From an archaeon (GTDB lineage Archaea > Asgardarchaeota > Thorarchaeia > Thorarchaeales > Thorarchaeaceae): a stretch of DNA of 13,370 nucleotides. The notes below the pieces were generated by a model. That model was not told the origin of the DNA. It made no database searches and saw only the letters and a list, made by a program, of their open reading frames with translations. The position numbers and the translations under genes are program-made. The stretch spans positions 1 through 13,370 of the forward strand of contig JAJRWI010000008.1 of assembly GCA_024276825.1 (NCBI GenBank), read 5' to 3'. Positions 6,631 through 13,370 of the stretch are shown here, piece by piece (within the stretch, counting starts at the first letter, position 1; every line of letters starts with the position of its first letter).

Positions 6631-8022
6631 TCATGTAATATCAATCGCTTCTTCTTTCTCCTCAATGATGACACGAGTGGGAAGGGTTTCTGAAACGTAC
6701 TTCTGAAGCAGTAATGCACCAATTATTCCAAGAAACGATGCAAGCCAGAATGGAATTATTATTCCTTCAAAAGTAATAGGTCCGAATGAAAACACCATTA
6801 ACGAGAAAGCAGCATAAAGAAAACCACCAAGAAGTGGGCCAATAGTAGCACCTGCATTGAAGAAGGCTTGTATTGTCCCAAATAATTTGCCCCTCAGACT
6901 CCAAGGGATTATGTCAGCCTGAATTGCCCGCAGTGCGGGTTGTGAGGATGATATTGCCGCATTCTGCACTATCCAGACGCCCCCCGTCTGTGCTAATGTG
7001 GTAGTAAATGGAAGCATTCCAAAAGTTGCTCTTGAAACAATGGCTCCACCCACAGCAATGCGCTTCCTTCCATGTTTGTCAGAATACCTGCCTGCAGGAA
7101 TCGAGAACATCATCCCAACAGCACCCGCACCTGAGATGAGAAGTCCAATCATGCCAATGTCAGTTGTGATCTTGCTCATTAGGAAGAGCTGGAACAATGG
7201 AAAGCCAATACCCATAGCAATACCATTCACAAGGGACATGATGTATAGTGCATGGATCATACGTTGTTTGTCAGATGGTATCACTGATTCCACCTCTGGC
7301 AGAGGATCGGAGGTGTCTTCTTCATTCTGTTTTGCCCTTGATTCTGACCATTCAGAACCATGAACAGTTTCATCAAGAATGAACATTGTGAGAACTGCGG
7401 CAGGAAGGACTATCAACGCCGCTATGAAATACGGGACCCGAAACACATCAGGCACAGGCAAAAGAAGCAGGTCCCTACACAGATTATATAACAAGCCTCC
7501 AAGGCCAGGGCCAATGATGAAGCCCACATTTGAGAAAGTCATGTATACACCGAGACCCTCTCCTCTGCACTCTTTTCCAACAATGTCCATAAGGGCAGCC
7601 TCAGCAACGGGCCATACCATGGCTGACACCATTCCCTGCAAGGCCCTCACAATCAACAGGTGGACCCAGTTCTGGGCAAGGCCAAAAAGAACAAGCAGCA
7701 GAACATAGCCAAAAAGGCCAATCACAAGGATCCTCTTTCTTCCATGCTTGTCAGACATTCCACCCCAGAATCTTGCAAGGAGAGTCCTTGTGGCCATGAA
7801 TGCGGCCATCATGATTCCAAAAATGACCGAGAAACTGGCGACTATTTCGGGAGGGACTATGTATCCTGGGCCAGGAGGTTGAGTGATTCCGCCTTCAAGT
7901 GCAATAAGGTAATAGGACAGGGAGGGTGAAACAATACCAAAACCAAGCATGATGGTCATCGCATCGAATGCGATAATTACAACCTTCAGATTTCTGTAAA
8001 GACTTGGTCTTGAGGACTTCAT
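6631..8022 (-). CDS. MFS transporter (DHA1/TetA-like)
   Basis: About 12 hydrophobic segments, motif A in both halves (GGMSDKHGRK, GRYSDKHGRK), RALQG and antiporter-type GFIIGPGLGG. Start moved to ATG 8022, which has SD GGGGAGGT 6 nt upstream. Confidence 0.92.
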   Translation of the reverse strand: MKSSRPSLYRNLKVVIIAFDAMTIMLGFGIVSPSLSYYLIALEGGITQPPGPGYIVPPEIVASFSVIFGIMMAAFMATRTLLARFWGGMSDKHGRKRILVIGLFGYVLLLVLFGLAQNWVHLLIVRALQGMVSAMVWPVAEAALMDIVGKECRGEGLGVYMTFSNVGFIIGPGLGGLLYNLCRDLLLLPVPDVFRVPYFIAALIVLPAAVLTMFILDETVHGSEWSESRAKQNEEDTSDPLPEVESVIPSDKQRMIHALYIMSLVNGIAMGIGFPLFQLFLMSKITTDIGMIGLLISGAGAVGMMFSIPAGRYSDKHGRKRIAVGGAIVSRATFGMLPFTTTLAQTGGVWIVQNAAISSSQPALRAIQADIIPWSLRGKLFGTIQAFFNAGATIGPLLGGFLYAAFSLMVFSFGPITFEGIIIPFWLASFLGIIGALLLQKYVSETLPTRVIIEEKEEAIDIT

Positions 8023-8207
8023 GGAACAACCTCCCCGTGCCAAAACTGAAAAAATTCTGGTTAATATACACTACCTTGTAGGACGCGTGAGAAACTGCAT
8101 TTTTTCGCATGTTTCAGTCCCAAATCAAAGGATTTATCTCTAGAAAAAGTTGGACACTCACGTTTTCCAAATGATAAAACAATGAAATGAGAAAGAAGTG
8201 GAGATAT

Positions 8208-9914
8208 ATGCCAAATCCAGCAAACCCATTGATAGTCCAGAGTGACAAATCGGTTCTTCTAGAGGTGGAGAATCCTCGATATGCAGAGGCGCGTGATGCA
8301 CTGGCGAGATTCGCAGAACTGGTGAAGAGTCCCGAGTACGTTCATACATACAGGATCACACCACTCAGTCTCTGGAATGCTGCTGCAATCGGGATGACAC
8401 CTGATGAAGTAATGGACACATTAAACGAGTTTGCAAAATACCCCATCCCAGGAAACATCGAGCGCGAGATCATAGACTACATGAGTAGGTATGGACAACT
8501 CACTCTGTTTATGGATGGCGAAGACCTTGTGCTTTTGTGTGACAATGAGGATTTGGCAGAAGAGATCTGGCAAAGCAAGAAGGTTAGGGAGTATTTGTTG
8601 GGCAGACTGGACCCCACAACTCTCAAGGTTGACCCGAATTACCGTGGACTAATCAAGGCTGCATTGATTGAGATTGGTCACCCAGTAGAGGACCTGGCAG
8701 GATATGTTGAGGGAGAACCACTCCATTTTGAACTCAGGAAGATGACTCGTGAGGGCAAACCCTTTGCTCTCAGAAGGTACCAGCAGGAAGCAGTGGATGT
8801 GTTCTATGCGGGAGGCGGAACGAAAGGCGGGTCGGGTGTTGTTGTACTCCCTTGCGGTGCCGGCAAGACTATGGTTGGCATTGGGGCTATGGCTAAGCTA
8901 CAGACATCAACCATCATTCTATGTCCAAATGTGGTTGCTGTCAGACAGTGGATATCTGAGCTTTTGGACAAGACAACTCTTACTCCTGAGGATATTGGTG
9001 AATACACGGGAGACTTGAAAGAAGTCAAGCCAGTGACCGTTGCAACATACCAGATTCTAACTTGGCGAAAGTCAAGAGACGCTGACTTTGAGCATTTCAA
9101 GATCTTTGAGGCCAGAAACTGGGGACTTATCATCTATGATGAAGTGCATCTCCTGCCTGCCCCAGTCTTCAGGGTGACTGCACAGATTCAGGCAACAAGA
9201 AGGCTGGGTCTCACCGCAACTCTGGTCAGGGAGGATGAGCGTGAGGAAGAGGTGTTCAGCCTTATTGGACCCAAAAGATTCGACATGCCCTGGAAGCTGC
9301 TTGAGGATCAGGGATGGATTGCCACAGCAATATGCTACGAAATAAGAATAGACCTTCCCCAGTCATTGAGAAGGAAGTATGCATTGGCGGAGGATCGAAA
9401 GAAGTATCGTATCGCTGCAGAGAATCCGGTGAAACTCGAGGTCCTCAAAGAAATCGTTGAATACCACAAGGGTGACAATATCCTCATCATTGGAATGTAC
9501 CTTGACCAGTTGCATATTATTGCAGAAGAATTGGATGCACCGTTGATCACTGGGAAGACCAGCAATGCAGACCGAGAAGTGCTTTACAAGGCATTTCGAG
9601 AGGAGAAGATCCGTTGTTTGGTTGTTTCCAAAGTTGCAAACTTTGCCATTGACCTCCCTGATGCAAACGTTGCCATTCAGGTGTCTGGAACTTTCGGCTC
9701 ACGGCAGGAAGAGGCACAAAGGCTTGGAAGAATACTTAGGCCAAAGACTGATGGAAGCTTCGCAAGGTTTTATTCAATTATCACCAAGGACACTCGTGAC
9801 ATGGAATTTGCAGCCAAACGCCAGCTGTTTTTGACTGAACAGGGTTATCAATATGTCATTGCATCGGCTGATGAAAAGGTCTGGGAAGAACCTCCTGAGA
9901 AGTTCTTTAGATAG
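8208..9914 (+). CDS. xpb: XPB/Ssl2/Rad25 family DNA helicase/translocase with N-terminal domain
   Basis: N-terminal PLIVQSD...ELVKSPEYVHTYRITPLSLWNA, LRRYQ, Walker A LPCGAGKT, DEVH, LGLTATLVRED (RED motif) and GSRQEEAQRLGRILR. Start moved to ATG 8208 (GGAG at 8200-8203). Confidence 0.95.
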   Translation: MPNPANPLIVQSDKSVLLEVENPRYAEARDALARFAELVKSPEYVHTYRITPLSLWNAAAIGMTPDEVMDTLNEFAKYPIPGNIEREIIDYMSRYGQLTLFMDGEDLVLLCDNEDLAEEIWQSKKVREYLLGRLDPTTLKVDPNYRGLIKAALIEIGHPVEDLAGYVEGEPLHFELRKMTREGKPFALRRYQQEAVDVFYAGGGTKGGSGVVVLPCGAGKTMVGIGAMAKLQTSTIILCPNVVAVRQWISELLDKTTLTPEDIGEYTGDLKEVKPVTVATYQILTWRKSRDADFEHFKIFEARNWGLIIYDEVHLLPAPVFRVTAQIQATRRLGLTATLVREDEREEEVFSLIGPKRFDMPWKLLEDQGWIATAICYEIRIDLPQSLRRKYALAEDRKKYRIAAENPVKLEVLKEIVEYHKGDNILIIGMYLDQLHIIAEELDAPLITGKTSNADREVLYKAFREEKIRCLVVSKVANFAIDLPDANVAIQVSGTFGSRQEEAQRLGRILRPKTDGSFARFYSIITKDTRDMEFAAKRQLFLTEQGYQYVIASADEKVWEEPPEKFFR

Positions 9915-10866
9915 TTTCAAGCCTATCTTTGAGCTCTTTCAATTTGCTCTTGGTGTATAGGACCACATTTTCGTGCGTCTTGTGAACCATCAGATTGGGT
10001 TCGAGCAATCCATTAGAATAATGGGCGATATGCTCGATGCCCCAAGATATTGCAAAGGCTAGTGCAAGAGGGACAAGATCACTTGCTCGCTCGACAGAGT
10101 CGCCCTGCGGGATTAATGACTCATCAATTACTGATGAATGAAATCTCTGATTATGCAGATAGGCGATATCGAGAAGAGGATCTCCAATCGCAGAGAACTC
10201 AAAGTCGAGAAAGACAGCTCTGTCCTTACAAAAAACAATGTTGTTCTCTTGCAGGTCACCATGCATGAAGCCTGTTCTCCATTCAATGTCGTTAATGTAA
10301 GAGTAGATAGACATCAGTTGCACTTCAAGTTCGGCAATCAATTCTAAGAGGGGGTCATGAGGAGAGATTTCGAGTTGCACATCTGAGATTTTATTCATGA
10401 GCGAGTCGATGTAGTCAGAGGCGCTCTTGAAAAATGGAACAAATGGGGCATGAGTCTGTGAAAGGACTGAGAGTGACTGCTTCAACAGTGATTTCTCAGC
10501 ATTTGAGAACTCATCAAACGATCCAATCACTCTGCCTTTAACAAACTCGTAGATAATGAATGGGGTATTCATATTATTATGGAGCCGTCCAATGAATACT
10601 GGACGGGGCGAGATACCATGCGTGTGAAGTGTTGAAAGAAGTGCATATTCATTCTCAAACGGATTCGTTTCAAACTCGGTCACTAGGCCAGGAAGTCTCA
10701 GCACTCCCTTTTGCCCATTTATTGTGATTAGAATGTTGAGATTAGACCACCCACCGAGCAAGCATGACGACACATCTATTGTGGATTCTGTGAGCGTGTT
10801 TCGCAATGAGTTCTCTAATTCATCTTTTGAAAGGCCATGAATTGATGTAAACGATTCTCTGCACAT
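9907..10866 (-). CDS. Aminoglycoside phosphotransferase / choline kinase family protein
   Basis: GGWSN, VLRL, Brenner motif HGDLQENNI and FLDFEFSAIGDPLLDIAY. Start moved to ATG 10866 to avoid a head-to-head overlap with the next gene and to fit the TATA position. Confidence 0.85.
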   Translation of the reverse strand: MCRESFTSIHGLSKDELENSLRNTLTESTIDVSSCLLGGWSNLNILITINGQKGVLRLPGLVTEFETNPFENEYALLSTLHTHGISPRPVFIGRLHNNMNTPFIIYEFVKGRVIGSFDEFSNAEKSLLKQSLSVLSQTHAPFVPFFKSASDYIDSLMNKISDVQLEISPHDPLLELIAELEVQLMSIYSYINDIEWRTGFMHGDLQENNIVFCKDRAVFLDFEFSAIGDPLLDIAYLHNQRFHSSVIDESLIPQGDSVERASDLVPLALAFAISWGIEHIAHYSNGLLEPNLMVHKTHENVVLYTKSKLKELKDRLETI

Positions 10867-10885
10867 CGCAGTCAACAATCTTATG

Positions 10886-10906
10886 AAGAAGTACTTAAAG
10901 GGTTTC
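10886..10906. promoter_or_regulatory. Putative shared bidirectional TATA element
   Basis: TACTTAAAG (10892-10900) lies at the midpoint between divergent ATGs at 10866 and 10924. It has purine-rich upstream flanks in both directions (AAGAAG on +, GAAA on -). Confidence 0.5.
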
Positions 10907-10923
10907 AATTCCAGAATTGTCCC

Positions 10924-11211
10924 ATGAATGGACGCAACCTTGTACTGATACTGGCACATCTTTTCAGAATATTCGGACCAGTAGTCAGTATTGATGATGC
11001 GGTTGAGTTTCTCTCATTCAGATGTCATTACGGCCCTCCCACCGAAATCAGAAAGGCATTGGCGATGGCACTGCAGAAAGAGATGATATCTAGAAAGGGG
11101 GACAGTATAAGGGCATCATTCATCTATGACACGCAAATTCTCACTGTTGGAAAGCTGGCCAAACTGGAGAATAGAATCAGGGTTGATGGGGATTATCAGC
11201 CGATGTATTAG
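10924..11211 (+). CDS. DUF2240-like small protein (winged-helix-like)
   Basis: 'LA.LFR......DAV.FLSF.....P......LA.A....MI......I.A.F' resembles the N-terminal part of archaeal DUF2240 proteins. Shorter than typical members. Confidence 0.55.
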   Translation: MNGRNLVLILAHLFRIFGPVVSIDDAVEFLSFRCHYGPPTEIRKALAMALQKEMISRKGDSIRASFIYDTQILTVGKLAKLENRIRVDGDYQPMY

Positions 11212-12331
11212 ATTCGAACTCAGCACTAATTCTTATGATTGATGTAATCAGGGCGGTCAGATGAATATATGGATTGCGGGCAATATTCAACTTGCTGTCT
11301 ATATCTGCTATCCTCTTAAGAATTACTGCCCGAGTATCATGGTCCAATGGTCGTATGAGAATGTCGCGTTCAATCTGTCTAATGACATCAACGGGCTCGT
11401 AGCCTTCAATTGTCAAAAGTTCTCGAAGCATCTTTCTTGCCCTTACGAACTCGCCATTGAATGCGAGCGTGATTATATTATGAACATAGTGTTCAAGAGG
11501 TGTCTGTGAAACTTTATACACTTCATCTTCCGTCACCCTGTCAACTCCTGCAGATGCCATCTGCAACAGATTGATTGCTCTTCTGACATCACCATGACAG
11601 ATCTTTGCAATAGTTGACAGCACTACATCATCGGCATTAACACCCTCATTCTGAGATATTTTCCTTAGAAGACCAGTAATTGCCTCCTTAGGGGGACTCT
11701 GAAAACGAAGCACTAACGAGCGTGAAAGTACGGCAGGACTCCATCCGGCCAATGATTGAGTGATGAAGATAAAGCGGGACACATCACCATATATCTCCAT
11801 GGTCCTTCTCAATGCTTGCTGCATGCTTGAATTCATTGCATCGGCTTCATCAAGGACAAGAATCTTCACAGGGACCTCACTTAAGGTGTAAGATGAGGAA
11901 AAGACCCTTATTGCCATCTGTAGCAACTGCGTTCTGTTAGGAGTGCCTTTCTGCCCTCGCATTTTTAGTTCCTCTTGAGCTTCTTGATATATTAGGGACA
12001 TGTACTCATCGAGGTCAGAACGGAGTTCAGGGTCGACTTTAGCAACCTCTTGCAAAGACCGCTTTGCAAGCGTGAGAGGATAGGTCATAAGTTCACGAAC
12101 ATTGATCAACTTGAAGTTTGTAGAGTAATCCTCGCCCAGCACCTGTCTACAGTATATGTTCACAGCGGCTGATTTTCCAGTGCCTGATGGCCCGTAGATG
12201 ATCATATTGGGAAAACTCTTGGATTCCGCAAAGATCTTAAGCTGATGCACTGCCTCATTATGAGCAATGAAATCATCCCATGTCTTTGGCCTATATTTCA
12301 GACACCATAGGGGCGAGTCCACTGTTAACAC
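11177..12331 (-). CDS. rfcS: Replication factor C small subunit, subunit-2-like paralog with a large insertion
   Basis: WCLKYRP, Walker A GPSGTGKS, Walker B LDEADAM, QQALRRTME, arginine finger as SRS, sensor 2 GDVRRAINLLQ and C-terminal collar. GTG start. Confidence 0.9.
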   Translation of the reverse strand: MLTVDSPLWCLKYRPKTWDDFIAHNEAVHQLKIFAESKSFPNMIIYGPSGTGKSAAVNIYCRQVLGEDYSTNFKLINVRELMTYPLTLAKRSLQEVAKVDPELRSDLDEYMSLIYQEAQEELKMRGQKGTPNRTQLLQMAIRVFSSSYTLSEVPVKILVLDEADAMNSSMQQALRRTMEIYGDVSRFIFITQSLAGWSPAVLSRSLVLRFQSPPKEAITGLLRKISQNEGVNADDVVLSTIAKICHGDVRRAINLLQMASAGVDRVTEDEVYKVSQTPLEHYVHNIITLAFNGEFVRARKMLRELLTIEGYEPVDVIRQIERDILIRPLDHDTRAVILKRIADIDSKLNIARNPYIHLTALITSIIRISAEFESNTSADNPHQP

Positions 12332-12459
12332 CTGCAGTTAGTACAAGTCAAATTAGTAATAAGTGCAACTCCTTTGATTTATGATTAGACCTAAAATTTT
12401 ATGTGCACACAAACGCAGGCGGCTTGGCTATTAAATCTCTAAAGGGGCATGCAAAGAGT

Positions 12460-13370
12460 ATGGCAAAAGAATCCCTTGAAAAAGAACTGTCAGAGATGTT
12501 TAGAGAAGACCTCATCGTTGCTTGTCAGTACTGGGGAGTCGATGTCAGCAATAGCAAGTCTGGCGACTCTCTGATTAATATGTTGGCAGAGCAGATGAGA
12601 AAGAAGCAATATCGAGAGAAGATGTTTCAAATACTCTCTGAGAGAGAGAAGGATCTTCTTGGTATGCTCACTCTGAATAATGGTGCAATGAGTTATGACA
12701 AGTTAAAGCCATTCAGAAGGCAATACAGTTATGGTCAGCTTAATCAGACAGAGCGCGATCTGCGAAAGAAGGGGTTCATCATTAGGAGAATGATGACTAG
12801 AGTTACTGACCATGGAAGGGAGGTAGCAGAGTTCAAAATCATCGACTTCTTTCTACCTCATTTACGTGACTTCTTCAGTCGAAAGCCTGAGCCCAATCCT
12901 GAAAAGCCTAAAAAGACCCGTACGATTGTTAATGAACGTGACTCGTTGTTGATTGATATGCTTCTCCTACTGTCGCATATCGCCAAGAATGAGATTGTGA
13001 TGACCAGCTCTTGGGAGTTTCCAAAGAGAGAGGTCGAACGGATCAAAGAAGTGATGTCCAAACCCACTGATGAGAGATTCGAGATGGTTCAGAAGCTCGC
13101 ACGAAAAGCAGGGGCTTATCGCATCATTGAGAATGATAGAGTTGTTCCGGGCAATGTGAAATTACTGTTCGAAGGAAAACAGCATGAAGTGGCCACAAAA
13201 CTGCTTCTGACATCACTTGGAAGGACAAGGGCAATCTGGGCAACGCCAGATCAGCCTACCGAGTACACACTGAACCTTGCCATATGCAGACTTAGAGAGA
13301 GTACAGTTGATGAGTGGATTAGCATCACTGAGATGAAAGACTGGATTCGCAGTGAGTTATTCATCAGCCA
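12460..13370 (+). CDS. Large helical protein (3'-truncated), resembling XPB-associated 'helicase-associated domain' proteins
   Basis: Open frame of 303+ codons from ATG 12460 to the window end, absent from the ORF track (MAKESLEKELSEMFREDLIVACQYWGV...). TATTAAAT at 12429-12436. Segments 'LINMLAEQM......MFQILSEREKDLLGML...GAM' and 'DMLLLLSHIAKNEIVMTSSWEFPKREVERI' recall N-terminal wHTH regions of bacterial XPB-neighbour proteins. The CDS is secure; the function is inferred. Confidence 0.7.
   Translation, partial: MAKESLEKELSEMFREDLIVACQYWGVDVSNSKSGDSLINMLAEQMRKKQYREKMFQILSEREKDLLGMLTLNNGAMSYDKLKPFRRQYSYGQLNQTERDLRKKGFIIRRMMTRVTDHGREVAEFKIIDFFLPHLRDFFSRKPEPNPEKPKKTRTIVNERDSLLIDMLLLLSHIAKNEIVMTSSWEFPKREVERIKEVMSKPTDERFEMVQKLARKAGAYRIIENDRVVPGNVKLLFEGKQHEVATKLLLTSLGRTRAIWATPDQPTEYTLNLAICRLRESTVDEWISITEMKDWIRSELFIS

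Noticed and set aside
6998-8110. Shadow ORFs over the MFS gene, and similar ones over the GTPase, DSD1, GT2, XPB, APH, RFC and last ORF
   Set aside because: They overlap well-supported genes and have no motifs of their own. Typical antisense or alternative-frame artefacts.
8045-8162. Short inverted repeats between the MFS and XPB genes (ACTGAAA/TTTCAGT, GAAAC/GTTTC, CGTGAG/CTCACG)
   Set aside because: Arms of 5-7 bp in AT-rich DNA are expected by chance, and no coherent structure was evident.
6631-10866. MFS plus APH-family genes as an antibiotic-resistance island
   Set aside because: Both are broad superfamilies, the genes are not adjacent, and no mobility features are present.
10867-10959. 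N-terminal extension of the phosphotransferase
   Set aside because: Would overlap the divergent gene head-to-head and cover the TATA element.
11864-12103. RFC insertion as a mini-intein
   Set aside because: Too short, and it lacks the N-terminal Cys/Ser block and the C-terminal His-Asn splice motif.

Overview
Gene-dense archaeal chromosomal window, most likely from an Asgard archaeon. This is inferred from a small Ras/Arf-like GTPase fused to an N-terminal longin-like domain, TATA-type promoters, several apparently leaderless genes, an RFC small-subunit paralog and a DUF2240-like gene. Gene order: partial DUF6159-like membrane protein; membrane-anchored OB-fold-like protein; extended small GTPase; DSD1/D-threonine-aldolase-family PLP enzyme; GT2 glycosyltransferase; AbrB-like/ACT protein; PNPOx-like protein; RIO kinase; MFS transporter; long-form XPB helicase; APH/choline-kinase-family phosphotransferase; DUF2240-like protein; RFC small subunit 2-like protein; and a 3'-truncated ORF missing from the ORF track that resembles XPB-partner proteins. 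The main finding is the ~300-nt leader of the RIO kinase gene. It holds a 20-codon upstream ORF with a strong SD and two mutually exclusive sets of RNA helices, one burying and one freeing the kinase SD/start codon, which is the layout of a leader-peptide translational attenuator. All family calls come from motif recognition by eye and all helices were paired by hand; no searches or folding programs were run. No rRNA, tRNA, CRISPR array or mobile element was seen.
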